Origin: Neodothiora populina
Taxonomy: Eukaryota
Direction of reading: 5' to 3'
Assembly: GCF_041146345.1 (NCBI RefSeq)
Contig: NW_027191413.1
Location: forward strand, 1,364,001-1,428,000
DNA: 64,000 bases
Below the pieces are notes generated by a model. The model was not told where the DNA came from and did not search any database. It saw only the letters and a program-made list of their open reading frames with translations. The position numbers and the translations under genes are program-made. This document shows, piece by piece, positions 26,801 to 39,220 of this stretch. Within the stretch, counting starts at the first letter, position 1. The number at the start of each line of letters is the position of its first letter.

Positions 26801-27789
26801 TTCCTCAGAGACCTCCCGGATCCGTTGTTGACATTCAAGCTACATAAGCTCTGGATCACATCGCAGAGTAAGTCTCGCATGCTACATTGCTCGCTTTGGC
26901 GTATCCTGGCTGACATATTCAATAGACATCACCGACGAAGATCGTCGCAGACGCGTGCTACATTTGACGTGTTGTTTGCTTCCCAAAGCCCATCGCGACT
27001 GCATGGAAGTTCTCTTCGCTTTCTTGCAATGGGTGTCCTCCTTCTCACACGTTGATGAAGAGACCGGTAGCAAGATGGACATTCACAATCTCGCTACCGT
27101 CATGGCACCGAACATCTTACATCTTGGCAAGAAAGATGTGCCGCTGGACGATAACCTTCTCGCCATCGAAGCCGTACACTCGCTCATTGAGTTTAACGAG
27201 TACATGTGCGAGGTAAGTTTCCCGCTTTCTCATGTGCATTGACTTTGCTTGCAAGTAGCTGACTATATACATCTTGCAGGTACCCGAGGACCTGTCCATG
27301 ATTCTCAATGACTCATCCCTTTTCTCCGCCAGCGCAGACATCACAACGAAAGAAATCCTCAAACGCTACGGAGACCGAGCAGCACTAAAACCATCTCCTA
27401 ACCTCAATGCCAACGCCGCTGGTGCAGGAGCCACCAATCTCGGCGGAGGTCCAGCAGGCCTCCCTGCACAGAATGACCCCACCTCAGGAGGAGTGACCAA
27501 TTCACCCTCTCAACGTTCGCGGGACGGTCGTTCCAGTACGCCTGTGGTCACGAGAGTAGACAAGGACCCCGAGCAAGCCAGTGCATGGCAGAATGAATCG
27601 AGTGTCAGACACGTCGGCGCAGGTGGCGGTGACAGTATGGCTCCTCCCACACAACCATATGCTCTCGGGTCCAAAGCAAACCTGAGCGCCGAGAACGCCT
27701 CTGTTCAAAGCGGGACTTCCCCGACCAGGAGTTCATACCACAGGAACTCTGGGTACGACAAGCCCAGACCTATGGGCGTGACTTCGTAG
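23890..27789 (+). CDS. LRG1: LIM-domain Rho GTPase-activating protein (Lrg1/Rga1 family)
   Basis: Several LIM zinc fingers (CGKCGESLTGQFVRALGGTFHLECFTC, CHACGGALRGSYITALDRKYHIEHFTC) and a RhoGAP domain (VEGVFRKNGNIKRL, AALLKKFLRDLPDPL, SKMDIHNLATV). Introns at 24280-24352, 25686-25742, 26868-26925 and 27213-27279. Confidence 0.92.
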
Positions 27790-28847
27790 TTTACACAAGT
27801 TCAGCCAAGAAGAAAGTGAAAAGTGATTTTGTCCAAGTACTTGTGTTTACTATGTGGGCAGCGCAGAAGAGCCTGGCTGGCTGGCTGGCTGGTTGTTTGG
27901 CAAAAGGAGCTCAAATCCAAATGGTTATTTGTGTATGTTGGGGATACATATTTTCTGCTTCCGTGCCCTTTTTTTCCTTCTCTTTTTTCCCTCTCTCTTA
28001 TTTGAAGCCAAATCCCTTTTTCTCTCACAAACCCTCTGCTTCTTACCTCTGTTTCTGTTCTCTTTCTCTTCTTTTGTTCCCTGACTATCCACGGGCGGGA
28101 CGCATGGATGGCTGTACGGAATCTACTTGTCCCTTTTTCTTCTGTTTGATGTGTTTGTTGTCGGACGAGGACCAGGAGGGGAGAAGTGCGAGCGTGAAAG
28201 GGGGAGAGAAGGTGTGTTCGTGTGTGTGTGAGCGAGACAAAGTGTGAGAGAGAAAACGTGTGTGGTATGGAGCGTGTATGCATGTGTTTCTCTGTTCTTC
28301 TGTCTTCTTTTTGGCCCCTGCTGGAGTACGTATGTACGTACCTTGTCTAACTACCATTTTGACGCGAGAGAGAGAGAGAGACTGTTCTTTTTTTCTCTGC
28401 GAGAGGAGCTCCGTTCTAGCAATTTTCGAGGAAGAGAGGACAATAAAAGACTCCCTCCCCTTCAGAGGGGGATGAAGAATTCGAAGAAACTTTCCAGACA
28501 TTCGTGGGTGTATTGCTGTTGTTGAATATTCATGTGCAGGCGAATCACATTGTTTTTCAAGCATGACACATTGAATTTCACTTCCTCCGTCGTCAAGAGT
28601 CTTTTTACTGACGCAAAGATAGGAGCAAGAATCAGAAAAGGTCATTGTGATTTGCATGCTTGCTTCGACCTGTGCGTTCTCTCTGTCTTATCTATAGATT
28701 CCTTGCCAGTATGCACCCAATACAGTATGCTATGAAAAGATCCGAAAGGACTGATTCATATCTCCACGCTCCATGCTGTGTTCAGTAATTCCCGATAACG
28801 TGGTGAATACTGCTCCAACGACCGCCATTTGTCAGCAACACAACGTC

Positions 28848-29833
28848 TCAAGCCTCCGGGGCAAAGTCAGTGCTTGGTCTGGCAGATACACTCGACTGAG
28901 TCTCGGCTTTGGGAGGATGCTTCGTGTTCTCAGCAGCCAGATGTTGAGCCTGAGCGGCAATGCCACCTTTTTCAACATGACCATGGACCCTGTGCTCAAA
29001 AGAATGTAAGGTATTGGCGTCAGCCTGAGTGATCTGCAGAGGCTGCTTGAACATCTTCCACTCGGCGTCATAGGCAGCAAGATGGGAAGCAAGCTCGAGT
29101 TGTGGAGGTAGCGCACAAGTGTGTATGATCGGAGTAGGTTGCTCTGCAGCTGCTTCGTGGTCAGAGTCAGATTGGTCTCGCGCTACCCCCAATCCGTTCT
29201 TGAAAGCCAAAGACTCGATCTGACTCGTGACGCCTTTCTTCTCGACGTATCCCAGAGCTTTATACTCGAGTTCGCGAACCCTCTCCGCGTCTGCCGCAGT
29301 GATGCTCTCCGATTCCTTGAGCACCTTCATCCAGATCCTCCCAGCAGCCTGCCAGAACTCACGTTGCCTATCGAGCTGCGACTGCTCATCCGCACTCGGT
29401 ATTTGAATAGCTTCCAAACTCGCACTTGGTGCTTGAAAGACAGCTTTAGAAGCCATCTTCTTCTTCTAGTGGACCTTGGCATTCCTGGCAGCCAGACGCT
29501 GCGCATCACTGGATATACTGTCTTTCGCGGGCTGGAAGTCTTCTCCGACAACGCGCCCCTCGCATTTCTTCAAGTGGCTCGCCATGTCCATCGTCATACG
29601 CTCCGGGTGCTCCTGCATTGGCATTGTAGAGCAGGCTTCTTGGGCGGCTTTTTCAAAATTTTGGTGTTGCTGTCAAGTACGACTTGGGGATGCTGTGGAG
29701 GGAGGATAAGATCTACCTGCTCTTTGGTGAGTTGGCTTTGCATCTTCGCTGCTTCGGAACCTTTGGATGGACCGCCTTCGAGCTTCGCCACTGTGGACAC
29801 GTCTTGAGCGGTGAGTTCTGGTTGATAGGACAT
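28848..29833 (-). pseudogene. SMP (seed maturation protein)/LEA-like repeat gene interrupted by an in-frame TAG; pseudogene or recoded gene
   Basis: Repeats resemble fungal SMP proteins: EGGPSKGSEAAKMQSQL, SISSDAQRLAARN, ITAADA...KKGVTSQIESLA and ITQADANTLHSFEHRVHGHVEKGGIAAQAQHLAAEN. A putative 47-nt intron lies at 29670-29716. TAG at 29466-29468 is in frame with the downstream ORF. Confidence 0.6.
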
Positions 29834-30394
29834 GGCTGTCGATGAAGTGTACGAAGATTTTATGATGACTACTTATGTTGACTTTGATGAAGGATGGCAC
29901 TTTCGACGTGTTCGGTTGTAAAAAAGGGGGTTAAGCCTCATAGATGTCATTTCTGCTGATGATTCATATCAATGCTGCTGGTCATCGAAGACTAACGTGT
30001 GTGGAAAGAGCTACCCACCAGACTGGATAGGCTTGCCCATGTTGAAAAGTCGCCAATACAATCTGCCATTCAAGATGATAAAAGTTTGCTCGACCTAAGA
30101 ACTCGAAACAAGGGGTCATGTTAAAACCTTTCCCTACTCCGAAATATGCTCTCCTGGAAGTGGTGACCGTGACGAAGACAAAGTACATGAATTGAGATGC
30201 ACTCGGGTTGATCAGGTAGATTGCCATTGGATCGAGATAAAAGTCCTTGTTGTCATCGATATGAACATGATTACTGGATATATGACGAGCTATCAGCCTG
30301 ACATATCTTCTCGCAGTCCATCTTCCAAGATTCCCCGTACCGCCGTCGCTATGAATATTTTCCGTCCCGCTTCCTTGTATGTGGTATCAATAGT

Positions 30395-33103
30395 CTAAGC
30401 TGCAGAGGGGGTAGTCTGAGCATCTTGTAGTGCTTCGGGTCGGTACTTTGTGAGCAACTTGGTAACAAATGGTCTAGAGTCGTCATCTGAATGCAATCGT
30501 TAGGGCAGGTCATGCTATGAGGCTTCGGATAACTTTACAATTCTTATACAGTTCCTCCAAGGCATCAATGCCCATTTTCTTGACTGGAGGCCGATACATG
30601 ATGAGATATCTGCAGCTGTGTGTTAGCACGATGCCACAAACCCTGCAGAGAGAACTTACGTCAAGGCCAGAACCACTAGCTGTACTCGTTCCGGATCTGA
30701 GGCTAATCTCACCACTCTGTTGAGGGCATCCTCATTTAGCGCGGGCACCTCACTCAAGAAGCGAATCAACAGGTTGCGATCATTCGACTCGATGAATGGC
30801 ATGATACCATCGAGAGTCTTGAGCATCCACTTCTCGTAATGCTCAGGCACATATTCGGCCTTCGGCGATGACTGTCGCACGACACGGTCGTTGTACCACT
30901 CCTCATTCAGCCACGCGATAGCCACACCTATACGGCGGCGGAAGTCCTCGATGACATACATGTACAGAGCATCTCTGATCGCGTTGTTGGGCGAAAAGGC
31001 CGCTTTGACGACGCGCGAGGATTCTCCCTTGATAGAAGTGTCTTCTAATCCGGCCGACGCCCGAGTAGCGAGTCGCGTGACTACAGTGATCCAGGAGTCT
31101 CTATCACCACCAGCTGCGATGCTGTTGAAACCCCTTGAATGTGATGGTTTCGCCGGTGCTGTTTGATCTAGATATGCTAGGTTCTCGAAGACACGGTTGA
31201 TGGCACCTTTACTGCACTCTGCCGTCTCCTCTGGGGTAAGCGGCGGGGGCGGGGGTAGATTGAAGGGGCCAAGAGCAACTTGCTCGGCGGCTTCCTCTGT
31301 AGGGGCTTGGTCGAGATCGTTGAGGACTTGTTCTGTGTCTTCGAGTCCAGGCTCGTATTCGTCGTCTTCTTCAGCAGGGCCTGCAATAGGCGCTGTGCCA
31401 GTTGCAGCTCGTGCTGCCAGGGCCGCATTTGCCGGAGTCGGTCTGGAAATCTCCAGGTAACGTGCCCGAACGGTCTGATAGAACACATGTTAGTCATATT
31501 GGACGTCTAATCAAAGAAACATGCAACGCCCTGGAAAGGAACGGAAACGCTCTGCACTAAGTATGGAAACGAGCTGACTTTGCAAAAAAACGCGCTGATG
31601 GGGCACGGATGAGGGTTGCAATGCATACATTGATTGCGTGGTCCATCTTTCCTTTATCTATGGAAGCCAGGAGCGGAACCACGATACTTTGGAGGATATT
31701 CAGAGGTATCACATTCACGTCAAAGCTCTTCAGACCTTGCTCTCGGGTAAGTGTGAATAGTTGGGCATAGCTGACCGGTCCAGGAGGTAAGGAAGGGGGT
31801 TGTAATGCCTGATTGATCGGAGGCACTTGTGCGTCTACACGTTGTCTCTTGGCCTCGGATAGACCGTCGGTCGGCTCGGCTGGCGCAGGTCTCTTACGGT
31901 TGTGATCTTCGAGAGCCTCAGGCAAGGAGTGTCTTATACGATCAATGCCTTGTTGTATACGACCTGCCATGGGATGTTGTGGGTTTCTGTAGAGAGTCAG
32001 CAGAGACACAGGAGTCCGTATAGATACCGACCACGTACTTCTTGATGATATTGTTCAGGAAGGTCATGGTCGTTCGTGCCATGGACCGCACTACGACCTT
32101 TGTCTTCATCGTCACGGGCGCAGTCTGAGCCAGCAAGAGAGGGTTGAATGAGAGGACAGTGGTGACGATCTTGATTGCAATAGAGGCTCTCAGTTTGACG
32201 AGAGATCCCAAGCAATTCAGAGTCGCGGTCACAAGTAATGCATCACTGCCGAGAGTGTCAGGATTAAGCATAGAATTGATGTGGTGAGATCCTGACCTGC
32301 TGTTGTCCTGCAATACTCCGAGCAAGCGATCGAGCAGGCCTGAAGCCTCGGCTTCGAGATTGTTTGGCGGTATCACAGGATGGTCCCGGGGCACCAGTGC
32401 AAGAGAGATTTCATTCATGTCCGGTCGCTAGAAGATGGTCAATTCAAGGAAACACACTTGGCTGTTGGGGTCACACGCACCCTCGGATCTGCAATGAGGC
32501 CTGGGGTTTGCGTCTGCACGACTTTCTGTATGAATTTGACGCAACAAATGCGCGCGCCAGGGGGTAGACTATCCATTCTTCGTAGTATGCTGGACTTGAT
32601 GCCAGCCATCTTCTGCCACGACTGGGCGTCATTTGGATTCGAGATACTGCATGGCAAACATAAGACTCCAATATGCATCATAGGAAGATTTACGTCATCA
32701 CGACAAGTGAGATGCCACAATGCATCGTGTCATGCTATCTACATGGATAGGTGGTTATGGGATATACTCACATATGGCGGAAAACAAGAGGGTATATGCT
32801 TGCGGCAGTCTGTATGACGCTTTTGATCACAGAGATATCTTCATTCGGATTGTCCAAGAAACCCTTCAGCGTGTCCAGTACTATCAGACTTAGGTTCTGC
32901 TTCTGGTCTGAAGCAAGCACTGGCGAGGCAAACGTCTCTGCGAAGAAATCGGCACCCCATCTTCGTAGCTCCAAAATGGCATCTGCGCCGACGATGCGGA
33001 GCAATCCTGGGACAATCTGGGGGTAAAGAGCTGGATCGGCAAGAGCGAGGTTGCGTGCGGCGTTGAGCTGCTTTATCGTGTCTGCGATGTTTTGCGCAGC
33101 CAT
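30395..33103 (-). CDS. PTA1: mRNA cleavage/polyadenylation complex subunit Pta1 (symplekin family)
   Basis: Motifs seen: QLNAARNLALADPALYPQIVPGLL, VKFIQKVVQTQTPGLIADPR, LEAEASGLLDRLL, DFRRRIGVAIAWLNEEWYND and LIRFLSEVP. Seven introns: 32647-32771, 32428-32480, 32246-32296, 31987-32038, 31475-31628, 30610-30659 and 30487-30538. Confidence 0.9.
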
Positions 33104-33635
33104 GTTGAACGCAGTTCGGGGGATGGTACGTCTATCTGACGAAACGTGCAGCTTCTATTGCGACCGCATCAAGCGAATCGACGTCGAAAGAGCTGAAGCT
33201 ATCTTCTGTTGTTGGTGAATCCTTAAGGATGCGGCTTGCACATCTTCCACGATCAGGCCTGGGGATGGGTGTTTTGCTTAACGACTTATTCTTTGCAGAG
33301 TAGACGTTCGAGATTGAATGCGATGGCCGGGATTGCGGAGTCTGCTTGATCGAGAGAATGCTATGGTATCGTTGTCTCCCGCATCTATTGTGCCCGATTA
33401 CTGTTGTATGGGAATGTATGACGCGACTCAGTGACACCTGAGCTGTTGCCAGAGCTGAATAGGCAAATATAAGTACCGTAGTACCGATTTACGAGTCGCG
33501 CTCCGACCGAGGTATAACCGACAAGCCGCTGATTGATGATTCTAGGTATGGATGCCATGATAGAGGCAATAGCTGATCCCATAGTCAACCATATAAATTT
33601 ATTATCAGCAATACACAGATACACCACCATACAAA

Positions 33636-34026
33636 ATGTCGTTAGGAAGGTAAGCGGCTGCTGAGGGGCTTGAATTGGGTGTCACGTAGCTAACCAAGAG
33701 TATAGACAAACTCCGCAGGGATCTTACTATGATCGGTACAACCGCCCTACGGCATCACTCTACAGAGCCAGACAGCCATACCTCGTCAAGAATGCACTCA
33801 CCGGGCTCGGCATCTTTGCTTTTGTGATTGGAGTTTGTACGTCGGTCACTAGGAGAGTCATGATTTCTGAGCAACTAACCCTCCATCAGACTCATTCACC
33901 ATCAAGGCTGTCGCTCAAGACGATTTCGAAGATGTCGTGGTTCCGGATACCCCGAGACAACCCGCTACACAACAGCCTCAGATGTTGTCTGCAGCAGGGC
34001 CGGCGCCTGGGGTCAATAAAAAGTAG
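33636..34026 (+). CDS. COA3: Cytochrome c oxidase assembly factor 3 (Coa3/CCDC56); missed by the ORF track
   Basis: Three exons (33636-33649, 33706-33836, 33890-34026) give MSLGRQTPQGSYYDRYNRPTASLYRARQPYLVKNALTGLGIFAFVIGVYSFTIKAVAQDDFEDV..., which carries the RAR.PY..KN and V.QDDF.DV signature. Confidence 0.88.
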
Positions 34027-34388
34027 AGACCTTGCGCAGATGGAAAGAAAACGGAGTGGTTCTTTGGAGGCATAGCTGGGGCGCATGGAGTTACGGTTTC
34101 GTTCAAGCGAAAGATATCTTCTTGATAGGAATTACGGGTGTACGATACACAGTGGACCGGAGTTATCACCAATCATATTACATAGGTGACGCTAGTTCAC
34201 TCTACTCCCTCACCATCACATGGTCACTGTGCACATTCCGATCTCGTGCCCGGACTATATCGATAGACTCGTCTGCGAGATGAGAGAGAGAGAGTAAAAG
34301 CGATTGCTTTGGACCAAGAAAATCTTCCCTCTTTCATTCTTCCTATCAACGCTATATCTGTCTGCATCATGTCGGGTATTTGTACAGG

Positions 34389-35177
34389 CTAGGCCCACTT
34401 GTAACGGTTTCGGACAAAGTCCTGCTCGATAGGAATGGTACCATCTTGCAATTGCTGCAGCTTCTTTGCGTTCTGCTCGTAGTTCTCCTTCTCGTACTTG
34501 GCGATGGCGTGGTCGATGTTTGCCCTGGAGCCGGCAGGGACGTTCCACGGAGAGCCAGAGTTGAAGGTCCTACATAAAGTATCTCGTTAGTGAACCTTCT
34601 CCTGTTGATTTTCCTCTTTGCTGGCAACAATGGTAACGAGGCGTGTAATTCCTGCTCTTTCTGTTCTGCCTCCAAGGAGTGATATGAACGTACTCGGGGA
34701 ACTTGAGCTCGACATGTCTGGTCGAGGCCGAGTTGACGAAGAGGTTTCGGTCGGCACCAGCCTGCTCAAGAGTCTGAGAGCGGATGATGTTCAACTCTTG
34801 CCACTTCTTTGCCCAGTCTGAGTGGTAGCCGTCGATGACGCGAGTCCAGTATCTCTGCTCGTAGCTGCCGTCGCCGCGGAAGTGGAAGAAAGCAAAGGTA
34901 GCCGGGAGGAGGGAGATGCCGACCCAGAACTTGGCCTGATTGTAAGACTAGGTGTTAGCAGTTTTCTCTCTTTTTCTCAGCGATGCAACCGTGATAGCAG
35001 ATCATGTCGGTGGCTTGAGGAGGGTAACCATACGCCGAGCTTCTCCTCTGATGGACCGGCAGCAGCGTGCGAGTGAGTGTCGTGGTGGGCATCGTGGGCC
35101 CAGCGGCGTTGTGATTGTCTCGAGTATGATTTGGCGGCTTGAGCGCTACGCGCTGCGCTCCTCCTGAATGCCTGCAT
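34389..35177 (-). CDS. nuo17.8: NADH:ubiquinone oxidoreductase 17.8 kDa accessory subunit, mitochondrial precursor
   Basis: Mitochondrial presequence MQAFRRSAARSAQAAKSYSRQSQRRW, a His-rich spacer, one TM helix, then EQAGADRNLF and KFPE|TFNSGSPWNVPAGS. Introns at 34936-35033 and 34570-34693. Confidence 0.82.
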
Positions 35178-35326
35178 GGTTGTGTTGCGGACCAATGGCT
35201 TGTGAGGTCCGGTGGTGGTGCTTTTGGTATAGCCGGATGCGCTTCGAGGTGTGAGGTTCCCATCACAAACCTTGGCATGGTCATCAAATCTGCCAAGACC
35301 GGCTTGATCTATATGGGTCTGTATCT

Positions 35327-35504
35327 CACAAAGGAATTGTTTTTGCTCATTGACCATTTACCGGACAATCATCAGAGACTCATTGACTAGGTATTCATTG
35401 GAACTTGATTGACTGTTCACTGAAAAGTCATTGACTTCAACTAGAGGGTCATTGCCTACCTGTTGATAAGAAACTCATTGATCATTCATTGAGGAGTCAT
35501 TGTA
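35327..35504 (-). mobile_element. TIR + 22-bp-array element (copy 6, right-hand TIR missing)
   Basis: Left end CACAAAGGAATTGTTTTTGCTCATTGA is followed by a TCATTGA array with 11/22-bp period. Confidence 0.55.
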
Positions 35505-35646
35505 CTTTACCTATGCTCGTCATTTGCACAAGCAGCTATGCAGCCAGCCACAGAAGCGGGAACGATCTCGGCAAGGACCGCAACAGACGACGAGGCTCTG
35601 TCCAAGTTTCCAGGTCAGCCAAAGATCGGGGCATGTGAGACCTTGG

Positions 35647-35989
35647 TACACGAGGGGGCTCTTCGTGTTTAGTTAATGACTTCTCGAAGAAAGGTCGACG
35701 ACTTTTCAGTGAATAGTCGGTGACTTTTCATTGAATAGGCGACAAGGCTTCAGCGAAGAGGCAATGAAATCTTAGTTAAGAGGTAATGAGTTTACATTAA
35801 TGAGGCAATGGATTTCTAACGAACAAGTAATGAGTTTCTTATAAATAGGCAATGACTACTTGGCGAATGGTCGTTGACTTGTCAATGAATGGTAAATGAC
35901 TTCTCGCCGAATAGTAGATGACTCCTCAGCGAATGGTATATGACCAGCGTATAATGGTCAATAAAGCCTTGGTAACTCAAGCCTTTGTA
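35647..35989 (+). mobile_element. TIR + 22-bp-array element (copy 7, longest, ~13-14 units)
   Basis: Starts TACACGAGGGGGCTCTTCGTGTTTAGTTAATGA and ends CAAGCCTTTGTA. Example units: TAGTCGGTGACTTTTCATTGAA, TAGGCAATGACTACTTGGCGAA, TGGTCGTTGACTTGTCAATGAA and TGGTAAATGACTTCTCGCCGAA. Confidence 0.7.
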
Positions 35990-36529
35990 CTTATAGTAGT
36001 ATAGCTTCAGGTATCGTAGGCGATTTTACGGGCACAGTAGTAGCAAGCTCCAAAGACAGACTGGCCCTACCACATATCGTACTGCAGCACTAAACTACAG
36101 GTACTACAGGTACTACTACTGCTGTCTCGTACAGCAGGTACATCATCGTCAACCTTATCCCACCTGCACTCCCAGATTCCCTCTTTCCTCTTTCCCCCAC
36201 CCGTTTGTATTCATTTGCACTCTGACAAGGGAAACCCGCTTTGGATACTTGTGTATTTCATATACTGCACTCTCTTGGGGACTTCTCTCGTTGCACAAAA
36301 CACTATACTTGTAGCAACAACAAAAAAAGAGGTCTCAATCCACAACCACACCTGTACTTGTACCTACCTACCTTACCTTCCCTAGCATTTTGGGCCAAGG
36401 GCGTAAACGGCTTTCGAGGGGTGCGGCTGTAAACATAATCCACCGCATTGATTCCACACAACTTTCTCTCGCTACGAATAGAAGCAACTCTTTTTGGATT
36501 TTCTTCCACTCGACTTCTTGACCGACAAA

Positions 36530-39220
36530 ATGGCGGCGCTCGGAGAAGACTTGCTGCACGTCGTCAACAAGCTACAGGACCTTGTTTTCAACACCATCGG
36601 AAATGATTCGCTTGACCTGCCTCAGATTGTACGCCTGCCTGCCTGCCTTTTATTCCTGCCGCATCGCACTGCTGCAACAAGTGCAACAAGGCCGCCGCAG
36701 CCTACAGTAATCGCTAATCGCCAGAACAGGTCGTCGTTGGATCGCAATCATCGGGAAAGTCATCGGTGCTCGAGAACATTGTCGGAAGGGATTTCCTGCC
36801 TCGAGGAAGCGGCATCGTCACGCGGAGACCTCTGATATTGCAACTCATCAATGTCCCCAGCGACAGAGACGACCAGCCCGAGGGCGACGAGGTTCACATC
36901 CCTCACACTCCTGCGAGTGTAGCTGGTCAGGACGAGTGGGCCGAGTTTGGACATATTCCTGGTCGCAAGTTCTACGACTTCAGTGAGGTCAAGAGAGAAA
37001 TCGAAAACGAGACGGCAAGAATAGCAGGAAGCAACAAGGGTATCAACCGACAGCCCATCAACCTCAAGATCTACTCGCCTCATGTCTTGAGTCTCACTCT
37101 GGTCGATTTGCCCGGTCTCACAAAGGCACGTTCTTGTTATTGATATGGATTTATTCGAGGTCGGTCTGCGGCTAACAGTCTGCGCAGGTTCCCATTGGCG
37201 ACCAACCTACAGACATCGAAAAGCAGACTCGCAATCTCATTTCCGAGTACATCGCCAAGCCCAACAGTATCATCCTCGCTGTGTCGCCTGCGAACCAGGA
37301 TCTCGTCAACTCCGAGGCGCTCAAGCTGGCGCGCCATGTCGACCCCATGGGAAAGCGGACAATCGGTGTGCTCACCAAGCTCGATCTCATGGACCACGGA
37401 ACCAACGCCATGGATATTCTCTCGGGACGTGTCTACCCTCTCAAGCTAGGCTTTATCGGAGTGGTCAATCGATCACAGCAAGATATCCAGGGTAACAAGT
37501 CACTGTCGGATGCGCTGTCGGCGGAGAGAGAGTTCTTCAGGATGCACCCGGCATACCGAAACATGGCCACGCGCTGCGGAACACAATATCTCGCAAAGAG
37601 CTTGAACACCACCCTCATGACACACATCCGAGAGCGCCTGCCGGACATCAAGGCGCGCCTCAACACACTGATGGGACAGACACAGCAAGAGCTCGCGAGT
37701 TACGGCGATGTCAAGTTCACTGGCAAGGAGCACCGCGGTTCTCTGATTCTGCAATTGATGACACGCTTTGCTTCTTCTTTCATTTCATCCATTGACGGTA
37801 CCTCGTCCGAGATCTCGACCAAGGAGCTCTGCGGTGGTGCACGAATCTACTACATCTTCAATTCTGTCTTTGGCAACTCTCTGGAGACGATCGACCCGAC
37901 CACTAACCTCTCTGTGCTCGACATCCGCACCGCCATCCGAAACTCGACCGGTCCGCGACCGAGTCTTTTTGTTCCCGAGCTTGCCTTTGATCTTCTCGTG
38001 AAGCCACAGATCAAGTTGCTGGAAGGACCTGGCCAACGCTGTGTCGAGTTGGTGTACGAGGAGCTGATCAAGATCGGTCACACTTGCGGCTCAACAGAAC
38101 TCACACGATACCCTCGCCTACAGGGCAAGCTCATTGAAGTTGTATCGGATCTTCTGAGAGAGCGTCTGGGACCCTGCTCTTCCTATGTCGAGTCCCTCAT
38201 CTCGATCCAGCGCGCCTACATCAACACCAACCACCCGAACTTTTTGGGTGCAGCGGCGGCGATGAGCTCGGTCATCAACGACAAGAACGAGCGGGAGAAG
38301 GCGGCGGCCATAGCACAAGAGAAGCGCAAGCGCGAGCAGAGAAGACTAAAAGAACCGAACGGAGTCAACGGCTCCGAAGGACAAGAAGGCGGCGAGGAAG
38401 AGCCTGCAATCGAGGCACCGGGCGAGAAGGCCGGCTCCCTGCCCATCAGAAGCCACCTCAACAACAGCAAGACTTCGCGCAGCATGTCTCCGGCTGTGGG
38501 ACGACCGGGCCAGTCGATCCAGCATCACCACGCGCACAGCAACGGCACAAGAGCCGGCTCACCGCCGCGCTTCGGCGCCACTGGCAACTCGGCAAAGGAC
38601 AGTTTCCTCAACTACTTTTTCGGCAAGGACGGCGTCGGCGGTCTGCCCCCCAACCCCAACGCTTCCATGTCGTCGTCGATGGGTGGAAGCAACAGACATG
38701 TCAGTCAGAACATCGAGCCTAGTTTTGCGGCTAGCATCAGGAGAGGTGACACGAGGGTTCCCGATAGACCTGTGTCTAGACAGACGGAGCATACAGGTGG
38801 GGACGACATGTATGCCGAGGAGTATCCAGACACTGGATTTGTGAGTACTGTCGCTTCTCTTCCTGCTACGTTTCATTTCACTAACTTCCCCCGTTGCAAC
38901 CACAGCCCCTGGCAGACGACGCCCCAGCTCTGACAGAGCGCGAAGCCCTCGAGACGGAACTCATCCGCCGGCTCATATCATCGTACTTCAACATCGTGCG
39001 CGAGACCATCGCAGACCAAGTGCCCAAGGCAGTCATGCACCTGCTGGTGAACCACACAAAAGACGCCGTGCAGAACAGGCTGGTGACGGAGCTGTACAAG
39101 GAAGAGCTGTTCCAGGAGCTGCTGTACGAGGACGACGCCATCAAGAGCGAGAGGGAAAAGTGCGAGAAGTTGCTGTCGACGTACAAGGAGGCAGCCAAGA
39201 TTATCGGAGAGGTCTTGTAA
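36530..39220 (+). CDS. DNM1: Dynamin-related GTPase Dnm1 (mitochondrial/peroxisomal fission)
   Basis: Motifs seen: [65 protein letters not shown] and a GED domain. Introns at 36629-36729, 37126-37187 (GC-AG) and 38841-38905. Confidence 0.95.

Noticed and set aside
27801..28657. Overlapping ORFs downstream of LRG1
   Set aside because: Low-complexity 3' UTR/terminator sequence rich in simple repeats, with no coding signature.
35671..35965. 22-bp arrays as a CRISPR array
   Set aside because: The units are contiguous and degenerate with no unique spacers, there are no cas genes, and the context is eukaryotic.
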